A DNA stretch of 64,000 nucleotides from an uncultured delta proteobacterium (GTDB lineage: Bacteria > Desulfobacterota > Desulfobacteria > Desulfobacterales > JAHEIW01), in contig CAVPNL010000004.1 of the NCBI GenBank assembly GCA_963706575.1, positions 512,001-576,000 of the forward strand, read 5' to 3'. Each line of letters opens with the position of its first letter. The first letter of the stretch is position 1. The notes under the pieces were generated by a model, which worked only from the letters and a program-made list of their open reading frames with translations, was not told the origin of the DNA and did no database searches. This document shows, piece after piece, positions 1-9,683 of this stretch. Made by a program: the position numbers and the translations under genes.

Positions 1-1213
1 CGCGCTTGACCTTCATGCCGATGTTGCGCTGTTCCCGATAACGGCCGATTCCGTTTAACCCACCGCCGCCGCCGCAGCAAAAGTTATGTTCGCGGTTCGG
101 CGTCATTTCCCGGAAATCCTCGGCCATATAGCCCATAATTTCTCTGGCCACATCTGCAAGACCGCCGTTGCGAATGTAATTGCAGGAATCCTGGTAGGTT
201 ACCGGCTCTTTGATTTTCTTGGCGGGGTCGATTTTCAACTTGCCGGTGCGCAGGGCTTCGGCCACCCATTCAACATAATGCAGGCTGTCAATCGGCGTTT
301 TGCCGGTTTTAAGACCGGCCCAGTAAGGGCCTTCGATAACGGTTGCCCGGTAAGCGTGCCCGCATTCGGTGACCACCATGCGCTTCGGTTTTAAGCGCTC
401 CATGGCATCGTAAACCGACTCGACCTGTAATTTGGCGGCTTCCCAATCACCGGCAAACATGGCCAGACTGGTCTCTTCCCAGCCTTCGCTGGGAACCGTC
501 CAATTCTCACCGGCCACATGAAACAAAATGGCGGCCTCAGCAATATCCTCCGGGTAATGCTTGGGCTCCCGGGCATTGACCGTGTAAATGATGTCCGCAT
601 CTTGTTTGTCGATTGGAATTTCCAGACCGGGCCAATCCTCCTCGTATTCTTCCGCCATCCACTCACAGGTATCTACCCAGTCTTCGGTGGTGATGTCCAT
701 CTGGGCCCGGAAGATGCGGTGCATGCCGGAGCCGATCTTCATTTCCCAGGGAACAAACCCCTGCCCGTAAAGCAAGCCGCGCAGATAGCTGAACATAATG
801 CCGGTATCAATCCCGAAGGGGCAATAAACACCGCAGCGCGTACAGCAGGTGCACTTGGAGTAGGCCCAATCCATACTCATCTGCATAAGGGCATTGTCCA
901 CGTCGCCTTTGCGGCGGATGATCTCACCCAGGGTCTTTTGAATCTTATAAGAAGGCACCTGCTTGGGATCCCGCTTGTTGGCAAGATAGTAAAAGCAGCT
1001 TTCGGCACATAAGCCGCAGTGAGAACAAATCTCCAGCCACGTTTTCGTGCGTGATTTCAAGCTTTTTTGAATCGTTCCCCACAGGGCTTTGCTGTCCACC
1101 TCCAGTTCATTCATCTCTTCATAGTATTGTTTCCCGCTTTTATCGGCCAACAGGGCCTGGAGCTGCTCTTTGGTCGTAACAGGTATCTTGTTGCAAAGTG
1201 TTCCTTCTGGCAT
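1..1213 (-). CDS. hmcF: HmcF Fe-S/CCG-domain oxidoreductase subunit (partial, runs off left edge)
   Basis: Not in the ORF track. My translation from ATG 1213 gives [11 protein letters not shown]...[11 protein letters not shown]...[12 protein letters not shown]...TECGHAYR...NFCCGGGGG, open to position 1; lies directly after hmcE. Confidence 0.88.
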   Translation of the reverse strand, partial: MPEGTLCNKIPVTTKEQLQALLADKSGKQYYEEMNELEVDSKALWGTIQKSLKSRTKTWLEICSHCGLCAESCFYYLANKRDPKQVPSYKIQKTLGEIIRRKGDVDNALMQMSMDWAYSKCTCCTRCGVYCPFGIDTGIMFSYLRGLLYGQGFVPWEMKIGSGMHRIFRAQMDITTEDWVDTCEWMAEEYEEDWPGLEIPIDKQDADIIYTVNAREPKHYPEDIAEAAILFHVAGENWTVPSEGWEETSLAMFAGDWEAAKLQVESVYDAMERLKPKRMVVTECGHAYRATVIEGPYWAGLKTGKTPIDSLHYVEWVAEALRTGKLKIDPAKKIKEPVTYQDSCNYIRNGGLADVAREIMGYMAEDFREMTPNREHNFCCGGGGGLNGIGRYREQRNIGMKVKR

Positions 1214-1354
1214 GGCTCTAAATCCCCACAAGTTAATTAATTTTAGTGTTATAAAAATGAATATAACAGCAAAATTGGAATAATGGAATGATGGTCTTAA
1301 CTAAATTTCCAAAAATTAAGTTTTCTTAAAATTAAAATTTCACAAAGTGAAATT

Positions 1355-2032
1355 TTACCACGCTATACCTTTGCCTTTCATTCCACCGCGCTTAATACCG
1401 TAATCCATGCCGAGCTGAGCCCGGGTCATAAAGAAAAGTAAGAAATGCGAGAGTTTGGTAAACGGTATGGCAATTAAAACGATATGGCCGCTGATAATAT
1501 GTGCCATCAGCCAAAAATAGTAATCCGGCGCGCGGTGATAGGCTAAAAAACCGGTAATAAAAGGCGACACGGCAATCAACAACATCAGATAGTCGTACCA
1601 GTTGGTGATAATTCGGACTTCGGGAAGCGCGATACGGCGCAGGATTAAAAAGAGGACCGAAACAATAACAATAACCGTTAAACCGTCCGCCACGGCTTCC
1701 GGCAGCGTCCAGAGGCTGAAACCCCATTTTTCATTAAGTAGAATGTTATGGCCCAGCAGTAAAATCGGCGTAAACAACAAACCGAAATGCATCGTAAATA
1801 CCCAAAGCGTAAACCAGGGGTTATTGCGCCAGCTTCGGGTTCCGTATGGAAAAAGCCAGAATAAAATGGAGCGCAGCGCTCCCCTGACACCATAGGACAC
1901 ATTCTCATTGTAGGTGACCCGGTCAAGTTTCCAATCAAGGCCTTTGATATAACGCACACCCCGAACAATCAAACCGATAATAAAAATTCCGAATGATATC
2001 CATACCATCGGGCCGGTTAAAAACTCATACAT
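1355..2032 (-). CDS. hmcE: HmcE/TmcC-type membrane cytochrome b (NarI-like)
   Basis: Hydrophobic 225 aa with His residues in TM helices and IPFTKLSH motif; position in operon. Confidence 0.85.
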   Translation of the reverse strand: MYEFLTGPMVWISFGIFIIGLIVRGVRYIKGLDWKLDRVTYNENVSYGVRGALRSILFWLFPYGTRSWRNNPWFTLWVFTMHFGLLFTPILLLGHNILLNEKWGFSLWTLPEAVADGLTVIVIVSVLFLILRRIALPEVRIITNWYDYLMLLIAVSPFITGFLAYHRAPDYYFWLMAHIISGHIVLIAIPFTKLSHFLLFFMTRAQLGMDYGIKRGGMKGKGIAW

Positions 2033-2077
2033 GCGTGACTCCTTTATAGATCGAATTACCGCCTACTATCTTATCGC

Positions 2078-2212
2078 CTACTCTTCGTCATCATGCTGGC
2101 TCAGAAACAGCCAGAAGAAGGTGATGCCCAAAAGCGCACCGACGATTAAAATGTAAGTGATGCTTTCGGTGTGAAGCATATATTCTTGTAACGTGTGAAT
2201 GGTACCCTCCAT
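2078..2212 (-). CDS. hmcD: HmcD small single-TM subunit (44 aa)
   Basis: Below ORF-track cutoff: MEGTIHTLQEYMLHTESITYILIVGALLGITFFWLFLSQHDDEE; GAGG upstream; lies between hmcC and hmcE. Confidence 0.8.
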   Translation of the reverse strand: MEGTIHTLQEYMLHTESITYILIVGALLGITFFWLFLSQHDDEE

Positions 2213-2329
2213 AATATCAGCCTCATTTAAATTATCGTCCGCGATTTATTCTATATTTTAGATAAATTCAGCCGCCATAACGTATTCCAAATATATCGGC
2301 TGATGATCGTCCCATAATAAGCGGGACTA

Positions 2330-2488
2330 AAGGAGCACTTTGCGCAGTTCCTGCGCTGCGTTTGAGGAGTGCTTCGCTTGAGGCAAAGTCTAAACTTTTT
2401 TTACCTCCAACCTAAAGTTCCGCGAAGCGGAACGCTCCTCAAGGCCCAGTGGGCCGCTCCTCAAGTCTCGCCAGCGGCGAGACGCTCC
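2330..2488. repeat. Array of GC-rich triloop hairpins separated by constant GCTCC(TCAA) linkers
   Basis: Hairpins at 2342-2356, 2417-2433, 2443-2455, 2465-2483; linkers at 2434-2442, 2456-2464, 2484-2488. Confidence 0.75.
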
Positions 2489-2492
2489 CTTT

Positions 2493-3662
2493 TTAATGGT
2501 CTTCATAATCCGGATGCGAATATAAAATCGGCATGCGGGTAACGATAAAGCGAAACGCAATGATGCCGCATGTCACCAGAAAAACTGAAATGACGATTTC
2601 CATCCAATGCGGAAAATAGCGTTCACTGGATGGCAGATGCCAGTTAAATGCCACCAGAGAAATATTTAAGCGGTTGACCATGATGCCCAGCACCGTCCAG
2701 GCTGCCGTCCATCGAATCAGTTTTATATTTTTATCACGCACCCCGACAGCATACAGAAAACTGGGCAGCGCCACAAAACCCAGCAGCTCCACCAGATACC
2801 AGAGACCATAATTGGTTGCCAGCAGGTGCCAGTTATTGCCTGCCGATATGCCGATGACCTTTACAATAAAATAGCCGGCCAGCACCAGCGATGCGGCCTT
2901 GCCAAATCCCAGGGCCACCGTATCTTTTTCCTTCAAATGGGCCTCGTCCATTTTATGGGCGAAGTAACGATGGGACAGGGTGCTTTCAAATATCACCATC
3001 GACAGGCCGGCAATGATGGCCGAAACAAAGAAAAACACCGGTAAATAGGGCGAATACCATAGAGGATGCAGTTTTGCCGGAGCGATCAAAAAAAGCGCAC
3101 CCAGCGATGACTGATGTAAGGTTGACAAGATAACGCCGAAGATCGTTAAGAGCAATGTCAGTCTAACCACGAGACTGCGTGCCCGTTTCAGACCCAGCCA
3201 TTCCATGGCTGCCGGGGAAAATTCAATAAAAAGCACGCTGAGGTAAAGCGCTACACAGGCTGCCACTTCAAACAACAGCGAGGTGGTTCCCTGCTGCATA
3301 ATAAACGGGTAAGGCAGACGCCAGGGCCGTCCAACGTCATAATTCAATGCGATAACAACCAGAGTATAGCCCAGAAACCCGGTCAGAATTGCCGGCCGGA
3401 CCGCTGAATGGTATTTTTTCATTCCAAAAATGTATACCGCCGCTGAGGTAACAAATCCCCCGGCTGCCAGGGCCACACCCACCAGAAGGTCAAACCCGAT
3501 CCAGATCCCCCAGGGATTATAATCGGACAAATTGGTAACGGCGCCCAAACCGCCTGTAAAGCGCAAAACCGTGACAATTAATCCCAAAATGACAATAATT
3601 CCAGCAACCACATTAAAGGGGGTCAAAAAAGATTTGCTGGTTGTCGCAGCTTCATCAGACAT
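2493..3662 (-). CDS. hmcC: HmcC NrfD/PsrC-family membrane subunit
   Basis: PWGIWIGFD, DVGRPWR and STLHQSSLG motifs; multiple TM helices. Confidence 0.9.
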   Translation of the reverse strand: MSDEAATTSKSFLTPFNVVAGIIVILGLIVTVLRFTGGLGAVTNLSDYNPWGIWIGFDLLVGVALAAGGFVTSAAVYIFGMKKYHSAVRPAILTGFLGYTLVVIALNYDVGRPWRLPYPFIMQQGTTSLLFEVAACVALYLSVLFIEFSPAAMEWLGLKRARSLVVRLTLLLTIFGVILSTLHQSSLGALFLIAPAKLHPLWYSPYLPVFFFVSAIIAGLSMVIFESTLSHRYFAHKMDEAHLKEKDTVALGFGKAASLVLAGYFIVKVIGISAGNNWHLLATNYGLWYLVELLGFVALPSFLYAVGVRDKNIKLIRWTAAWTVLGIMVNRLNISLVAFNWHLPSSERYFPHWMEIVISVFLVTCGIIAFRFIVTRMPILYSHPDYEDH

Positions 3663-4771
3663 CAGGAATCCTCCTCGCTTGGCTTTTTATCCGCTTCTTC
3701 TGGTTGCGTATCGGAGGCTTCTTCCGCTTTGGGTTTGGCAGCCTCTTCAAGTGCCTTTTTTACAGCGTTGTCGATCTCTTTTTCTTTAAATTTCTGCATC
3801 TGTTCGATTTCTTTGGCATGCTGGGCTTTTGCTTCAGCATTGGCTTGCTCAACGGCCGCTGCAACCGCCACGTCCGTTTCCTGATCCGCAATTTTCTCTT
3901 TGCGCTTTGACATGGCGTAGATGCCGGTGAGCAGCACCGGCCATAGCCCGGCAACAATCGGCACCCCCAGCAGTGCGCCGGAAGTCAGGTCCGGTGCCGG
4001 TGTGAAACCCAAATCCTCGCGCATCCCGACCTCTTTGAAAGGCACTGCGGACAGATACAGCCAGCTGGTACCGCCCATTTCATTTTCGCCGTAGATGTGA
4101 TCCACATAGCGATCCGGAAATTTAGAAATAAGCTGACGGGCGATTTTCAGCAAATCGGTGCGCTTGCCGAAGGTCAGCGCTTCTGTCGGGCAGGCCTGCA
4201 CGCAACCGGGAAGCAGCCCTTTTTCAATGCGCGGATAACACAGGGTGCATTTCATGACTCTCGGTTCCAGGGCTTCATCGTATTCGTAGGTTGGAATTTC
4301 AAAGGGGCAGGCAATCATACAGTACCGGCAGCCCACGCAAACCGATGCATCATAAATCACCGCACCTTTGGGGGTTTTTGTGAACGCCCGCACAAAACAA
4401 GCCGAGGCACAGGCCGGTTCCAGGCAATGGTTGCACTGAACTTTGCGGTACAGCGGCCCTTTCACATGGACATTGCTGACCGTATCGTAGCGATTAACAA
4501 TGGTGTAGGTTTTGGCAGTGGTTCGGCGTTTGGTTTCCAGAAGTGAAAGATCATCGAACGGTAGATCCGGAGCCGGCAGCTCGTTGACGGTGTTGCATCC
4601 GGCTTCACATTTGCGGCACCCGATACAGCGCGTGTTGTCAAACAACACGCCCATGCTTTTGGGATATCCGCTAAAATGCTTGTTTGATGCTGCGCTGGCG
4701 GTTTTCCCCAGCGTCGTGCCGGCAGTAGCAGCACCCAACCAGCCTAAAAACTTTCTGCGTGTGATCGACAT
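3662..4771 (-). CDS. hmcB: HmcB periplasmic 4Fe-4S subunit with Tat signal
   Basis: Start MSITRRKFL (twin Arg) after [33 protein letters not shown] motifs; C-terminal TM and charged tail. Confidence 0.9.
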   Translation of the reverse strand: MSITRRKFLGWLGAATAGTTLGKTASAASNKHFSGYPKSMGVLFDNTRCIGCRKCEAGCNTVNELPAPDLPFDDLSLLETKRRTTAKTYTIVNRYDTVSNVHVKGPLYRKVQCNHCLEPACASACFVRAFTKTPKGAVIYDASVCVGCRYCMIACPFEIPTYEYDEALEPRVMKCTLCYPRIEKGLLPGCVQACPTEALTFGKRTDLLKIARQLISKFPDRYVDHIYGENEMGGTSWLYLSAVPFKEVGMREDLGFTPAPDLTSGALLGVPIVAGLWPVLLTGIYAMSKRKEKIADQETDVAVAAAVEQANAEAKAQHAKEIEQMQKFKEKEIDNAVKKALEEAAKPKAEEASDTQPEEADKKPSEEDS

Positions 4772-4816
4772 AATTTCCTCAACTTTTCCAATCTGCAATT
4801 AAATGAGAATCTGAAG

Positions 4817-6406
4817 CTATCCTTTTTTCTGGTGACAGGCGACACAATTGGTTGCCACCGGTTTTTCAATGCCCATCGCTTCGTGGCATTCCATGCACTG
4901 GCGATGGTAAGCCGCCATGAGCCCCGGCTTCGACGGATCCCTCTCATCGAAGGGCCGGCCGTGGCAACTGGCGCAACTCGGCGGCTTTTTGGCCGCCGGG
5001 CTATGATGATGGCAGCCCTGACAGAGCATGTTTTGGTCTCGGTGAAAATAGCGGACCAGCTGGTTATCTTTAATATTGCCCGACAAGGTCTGGACAATTT
5101 TGCGATGCGGCAGCTTCACCGGCCCGTATTCGTTCATCAACGTCTTTATCTCGACATTTTCCGGTATGTCAGACTCAGCAAACATATGGGTTACGGGGTT
5201 GCGGGAATCAAGCATCCTGGCAGCCAGATCTTTTTCTTCGGTAAATTTAATGCTTTCGGCAACCCGGTTCACATCCGCCATATGGCAGGCCTGGCAGGCA
5301 TTGGGGTCCTGCTGACGGGCCCTGGCGATACCGGCGTGACAGCCGGCACATTTGGGGTCGCGCTGGTTTAATTCATGACAGCCCAAACAGCTCATATTTA
5401 CATTGAGACGGTGCATTGAGGTTTCAAGCGTTACCTGATTGCCTTCTTCGGTGCCCTGCAGCGTGTGGCACTGGACACAGGCATTTAAATTGGCGTGATG
5501 GCAGACCCGGCAGGTATCATTGTATTCTTCATGGGATTTGTGACTGAATGGCACCATCTTCATACGAGTGGCCTGCTTGGGGTCTTTGATTCCGGACTTG
5601 CTGGTGCGCACAAAAACCGTATCCGGCTGGTTACGCTTCATGCGCGGGACGACTTTGAGTCTTTCAATCAGCTTTTGCTGGGCGGGATCGTGACATCCGC
5701 CGCAGGTAATCGGACCGGCATCATCGAATTTGGCCAGGGTTTTGCTGTGACAATCAATGCAGGCAAGATGCGACGCCAGCCGCAGTGAAATCCGGTTTTC
5801 TTCGGTGATGGCTTGATGACAATAGCGGCAGGTGCCCTCTTTGCCCTTGGCGTGATATAGCTTTTTGGTGACTTCATTATATTGATGATGGCAGCGTTCA
5901 CATTTTTCGTTTTGGGCTTTGGAATGCCGGTAGTGTAAGGATTTGTCCATGCCGATCGGCTGCCATATGGAAACAAGATCCGGTCTGTCCTTATGGCACT
6001 CACCGCAAACCACCGGCCCGCTTTTTGGCCCGACGTCAGCCGTTTCTTTGTGACAGGCAATACAGTTGACATGGTAAATATCCATCACTTCCTGTTTGGC
6101 GGTGTTCTTCAGCCGCATATATTTGGGGACCAGGCGGTTGTTCTCAACCAAATGACAGGCGGTGCAGTCCTTGTTTTGTTTTGCCAGCGCTTCAGTGTGC
6201 TTCTGGTGAAGAAATGTCACCGGCGGCCGTTCCAGCTTGCCAAAGGCCTTCATGGAATCAATGCGAATCATGTCTGCCCGTTTTTGAACCGCAGATTCAG
6301 ATGGCGCTTTGGCCCCGTAAATTCCGGTACCGGTCAGGCAGATTGTAACCGTAAAGGCAATAAGTATGATTCCAGTCCAGCTTAGCCGTGCTTTTCCCTT
6401 CTTCAT
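4817..6406 (-). CDS. hmcA: HmcA high-molecular-mass 16-heme cytochrome c
   Basis: I count 16 CxxCH motifs; signal peptide from MKKGK. Confidence 0.92.
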   Translation of the reverse strand: MKKGKARLSWTGIILIAFTVTICLTGTGIYGAKAPSESAVQKRADMIRIDSMKAFGKLERPPVTFLHQKHTEALAKQNKDCTACHLVENNRLVPKYMRLKNTAKQEVMDIYHVNCIACHKETADVGPKSGPVVCGECHKDRPDLVSIWQPIGMDKSLHYRHSKAQNEKCERCHHQYNEVTKKLYHAKGKEGTCRYCHQAITEENRISLRLASHLACIDCHSKTLAKFDDAGPITCGGCHDPAQQKLIERLKVVPRMKRNQPDTVFVRTSKSGIKDPKQATRMKMVPFSHKSHEEYNDTCRVCHHANLNACVQCHTLQGTEEGNQVTLETSMHRLNVNMSCLGCHELNQRDPKCAGCHAGIARARQQDPNACQACHMADVNRVAESIKFTEEKDLAARMLDSRNPVTHMFAESDIPENVEIKTLMNEYGPVKLPHRKIVQTLSGNIKDNQLVRYFHRDQNMLCQGCHHHSPAAKKPPSCASCHGRPFDERDPSKPGLMAAYHRQCMECHEAMGIEKPVATNCVACHQKKG

Positions 6407-6466
6407 ATTTTGCTTCCTTGTATTCCTTGTATTCAACAATTGTTTAAATACCGGTGTCTATATTTT

Positions 6467-6897
6467 TCAGCGACAATTCACGTCTGCGCTTTCGCTATCG
6501 AGAAGACCTTGAATGGTGGTTTCATCATAAACATTGAAAATCGCATCTTTTATCCGGTTCCACATGGAAAAAATGCACAATCCCCTTTAAACGGGCAATT
6601 GGTTTCCGGAACCAGTGCCACACAGTCGGTCGGGTCCACATCGCCCTCCAAAAAACGCATAATGTCCCCCACCGTAATTTTCTCGGGGGATCGAATTAAA
6701 TAGTAGCCACCGTAAAAGCCGCGCTTGGAATTCACCAGTCCGCTGCCTTTGAGTTGGTTGAGAATGACTTCCAGGAATTTTTCGGGGATGGCCTGTGCTC
6801 TGGCAATTTCAGAAATTTTTTGGGGACCCTTACCATTATGTTTGGCAAGTTCGAATATGGCCCGCAGGGCATATTGATTTTTTTTGGTGATCAGCAT
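6467..6897 (-). pseudogene. Rrf2-family Fe-S transcriptional regulator, frameshifted by one missing base near A6 run 6568-6573 (possible sequencing error)
   Basis: YALRAIFELA...SKRGFYGGYYL...three Cys; adding one base restores MWNRIKDAIFNVYDETTIQGLL and a 143-aa protein. Confidence 0.8.
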
Positions 6898-6909
6898 CGC
6901 GTCGCTTTC

Positions 6910-6994
6910 TCGACTTCAGCGATCAGGAAGTTTGTCGACTATTAAAGTCAGGAAGTTTGTCGACTTTAATAGTCAAGAAGGCGCTTGATGTCAA
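6910..6994 (-). promoter_or_regulatory. Three tandem 25-bp units with GACT-N5-AGTC palindromes (putative Rrf2 operators) overlapping a sigma70-like promoter
   Basis: Cores at 6912-6924 (degenerate), 6937-6949 and 6962-6974; minus-strand TTGACA 6994-6989, 17 bp spacer, TATTAA 6971-6966. Confidence 0.7.
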
Positions 6995-7151
6995 ATATTT
7001 TTTTTGGAATTTAATAATTTTTATAATACATTATTTCAAATAGTTACGATGAATTACGACAATGTGGGACATGGAATATCACGTTGTGGCAGAGGGGAAA
7101 TCGGGCCAGAAGGTTTATTTCAGGAGCCAGCCAAATGGCGGGTGTTGCAGC

Positions 7152-7242
7152 TGTTTAATTGGTTTGATTGGTTTTATTTGTTCAATTGGTTCAGTTAGAG
7201 CAAACCAATTCAACCAATGAAACAAATTAAACAAATCTAACA
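7152..7242. repeat. AT-rich 9-mer-periodic inverted repeat element, copy 1
   Basis: TGTTTAATTGGTTTGATTGGTTT...AAACCAATTCAACCAATGAAACAAAT; near-identical copy at 11103-11193. Confidence 0.8.
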
Positions 7243-7283
7243 CGTTCTACAGTCCTAAAACTTTGATCCCAGGCGTTTGGGAC

Positions 7284-7315
7284 AAAAAAGGCGGAGCCCC
7301 CTTGGCCCCGCCTTT
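7284..7315 (-). terminator. Intrinsic terminator of hsp20
   Basis: Minus strand GGCGGGGCC-AAGGG-GGCTCCGCC-TTTTTT. Confidence 0.7.
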
Positions 7316-7370
7316 GTAGGTTTGCATCAAATATGGCTAAAGATGCCTGCCAGGCACCCGCTGCTAACGT

Positions 7371-7673
7371 CTATTGGATGGAAACTTCATGTGCTCCGTC
7401 CATGGGATCTCTGAACGGTATCGTGACTTTCAGGACCCCGTTTTCATATTTGGCTGATGCGTCTTTGGCATTTACCGGACAGCAAAAAGCCGCCGTGGTA
7501 ACGTAGTCATAGTCCTCCCGGGGAGCGTTGAGACTGAAGCTGTCGTCGAGCATCTTCAGATGGATATCTTCCTTTTTAACCCCCGGTATGCAAATTTCCA
7601 GATTTAAAAGCTTACGGTCATCGTCCACATATGAACACACGTCTGCGGCCATCTTAAATTTTTCCTTTGCCAT
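7371..7673 (-). CDS. Hsp20/alpha-crystallin small heat shock protein
   Basis: IPGVKKEDI and [13 protein letters not shown] motifs; GGAGGTG RBS before MAKEK. Confidence 0.85.
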   Translation of the reverse strand: MAKEKFKMAADVCSYVDDDRKLLNLEICIPGVKKEDIHLKMLDDSFSLNAPREDYDYVTTAAFCCPVNAKDASAKYENGVLKVTIPFRDPMDGAHEVSIQ

Positions 7674-7864
7674 AGCAATCACCTCCCTTGTGTTACCGCT
7701 GAGACGATTAACGTCTCCAACATTCCAATTAGAACAAATCCCTTACCTTTAAACCCAAGATAAGGTTGTCCACCATATAAATTATGGTAATGCACAACCG
7801 GTCAAAAGCAAGCGCCTGCTAAGCTGTACCCCATCACGGCCCACAACCGCTTTGCAGTTGTATA

Positions 7865-7892
7865 TTGACAATCCGGGCCGGCCGTTTATTAT
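7865..7892 (+). promoter_or_regulatory. Possible sigma70 promoter of pnt operon
   Basis: TTGACA-16 bp-TATTAT. Confidence 0.4.
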
Positions 7893-8044
7893 GACGGTAT
7901 CTGGGCGGCCGCTATCGTGGTTGTCAAAAAAACGTCGCCGTATTCAAACAGGTTCGATTGACCGAGAAGAAAATAGGTCTTAATTTCTCGTTTCACTGCT
8001 TATCTCGAACGAAATATGCGTTCCGGAAAGGATAAATTTAAATT

Positions 8045-9187
8045 ATGAATATCGCCGTGCCCAAAGAAGTTCATCCCGGCGAAACCCGTGTGGCGCTCAT
8101 CCCAGAACATATTGCCAAGCTGACAGAAATGGGAGCGCATATTACGGTGGAAACCGGAATTGGACAGAAACTGAATTTCTCTGATGAAGACTGCGTGAAG
8201 GCGGGAGCCTCTTTGGAGGCAGACCGCAGCAGTTTGCTTCAGACCGCAGATATGGTGCTGCGCATCCGCAAACCAGCGATGGAAGAAATTGATTTGCTGA
8301 AAGAAGAGAGCACCTATGTAAGCCTGCTGGATCCGTTTAACGAACGGGAGCTTATTGAGGCCTTGATGAAAAAGAGAATCGCCTCTATCAGCATGGAGAT
8401 GATCCCGCGCATCACCCGGGCACAGAAAATGGATGTGTTAAGCTCACAGGCAAATTTAGCCGGTTATGTGGCCGTAATTATCGCCGCCGAACGCCTGGAC
8501 AAAATATTTCCGATGATGATGACGCCAGCTGGAACCATTGCACCGGCCAGGGTATTTGTCATCGGTGTCGGCATTGCGGGTTTGCAGGCAATAGCAACTG
8601 CGAAACGCTTGGGGGCCCGGGTGGATGCTTTTGACACCCGGCCGGTGGTTGAGGAACAGGTAAAATCATTAGGGGCACGCTTTGTGAAGATCGATCTGGG
8701 TGAAACCGGACAGACCAAAGACGGTTATGCTAAAGCCCTCACAGACGAGCAATTGCAGAAACAGCGTGAGGGAATGGCGAAAGTTTGTGCGGCCTCAGAC
8801 GTGGTAATCACAACCGCCCAGGTATTTGGCAGAAAAGCACCGTTGATTGTCACAGAAGACATGGTGGCGGGGATGTCAAAGGGATCGGTGCTTGTTGATC
8901 TGGCTGTGGAAACCGGCGGCAATGTCGCCGGATCAGAGGCGAATCAGGAAGTTGAGGTGGACGGTGTTCGTATTATCGGCCTGGCCAACCTGCCGGGAGA
9001 AGTGGCAATCAACGCCAGCCAGATGTTTTCATCCAACCTGTTTGCCCTTGTCGCCGAATTCTGGAATGAAGAAGAAAAACGTTTTGTCATGGACTTTGAA
9101 GATGAAATTTTGAAAGGGTGTGTTATCACCCATAAGGGTGAAATTGTAAATGAGATAATCCGTAAGCATTATCAGGAGAAGCAATAA
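8045..9187 (+). CDS. pntA: NAD(P) transhydrogenase alpha subunit part 1 (dI)
   Basis: ETRVAL, RAQKMDVLSSQANLAGY and GVGIAGLQAI motifs. Confidence 0.93.
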   Translation: MNIAVPKEVHPGETRVALIPEHIAKLTEMGAHITVETGIGQKLNFSDEDCVKAGASLEADRSSLLQTADMVLRIRKPAMEEIDLLKEESTYVSLLDPFNERELIEALMKKRIASISMEMIPRITRAQKMDVLSSQANLAGYVAVIIAAERLDKIFPMMMTPAGTIAPARVFVIGVGIAGLQAIATAKRLGARVDAFDTRPVVEEQVKSLGARFVKIDLGETGQTKDGYAKALTDEQLQKQREGMAKVCAASDVVITTAQVFGRKAPLIVTEDMVAGMSKGSVLVDLAVETGGNVAGSEANQEVEVDGVRIIGLANLPGEVAINASQMFSSNLFALVAEFWNEEEKRFVMDFEDEILKGCVITHKGEIVNEIIRKHYQEKQ

Positions 9188-9206
9188 CTCTCGATGGAGT
9201 TAATAA

Positions 9207-9290
9207 GATTACGGATTGCGGATTGCGGATTTTAAATGCGCGATATGTTTGATCTTACAATCTGCAATCCGCAATCTAAAATCCGCAATT
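9207..9290. repeat. Heptamer (GGATTGC/GCAATCC) inverted repeat element
   Basis: Tandem GGATTGC followed by inverted tandem GCAATCC between the two alpha genes. Confidence 0.7.
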
Positions 9291-9392
9291 GATTTTACTC
9301 CAACACTCCTGAACCGGTAGAGCACCAAACATTAATTTATCAAACCAAAGTAATTTAGGATTGCAAACTTACAATCAAGAGGAGTGAACATC

Positions 9393-9683
9393 ATGTCCAT
9401 CGGTCTCTTAATCTTTGTCTTTATCCTGGCCATTTTTCTGGGTGTGGAGCTGATTAGCAAAGTGCCGTCGCAATTGCACACCCCGTTGATGTCGGGAACC
9501 AATGCCATTTCCGGCATCACCATCGTCGGGGCGCTCACGGCAGCCGGAACCGGCGCCGACACCGTGGCCTCCATCGTGGGCACGATTGCGCTCATCCTGG
9601 CCACCATCAATGTGGTCGGCGGGTACCTGGTTACCAATCGCATGCTCGCCATGTTTAAACGTAAGGATGAGGGGCAAAAATGA
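9393..9683 (+). CDS. pntA: NAD(P) transhydrogenase alpha subunit part 2 (membrane)
   Basis: LHTPLMSGTNAISGI and INVVGGYLVTNRML motifs. Confidence 0.92.
   Translation: MSIGLLIFVFILAIFLGVELISKVPSQLHTPLMSGTNAISGITIVGALTAAGTGADTVASIVGTIALILATINVVGGYLVTNRMLAMFKRKDEGQK

Noticed and set aside
1333..1357. TAAAATTTCAC-AAA-GTGAAATTTTA as a Rex or CRP operator
   Set aside because: The half-sites face the wrong way for those motifs and it overlaps the hmcE stop; at most a weak AT-rich hairpin
2417..2488. CRISPR array
   Set aside because: The constant unit is only 9 nt, the variable parts are 13-19 nt hairpins and no cas genes are present
8045..9683. Split pntA as a broken gene
   Set aside because: Three-polypeptide transhydrogenases (Rhodospirillum rubrum type) are established, and both parts have proper starts and stops
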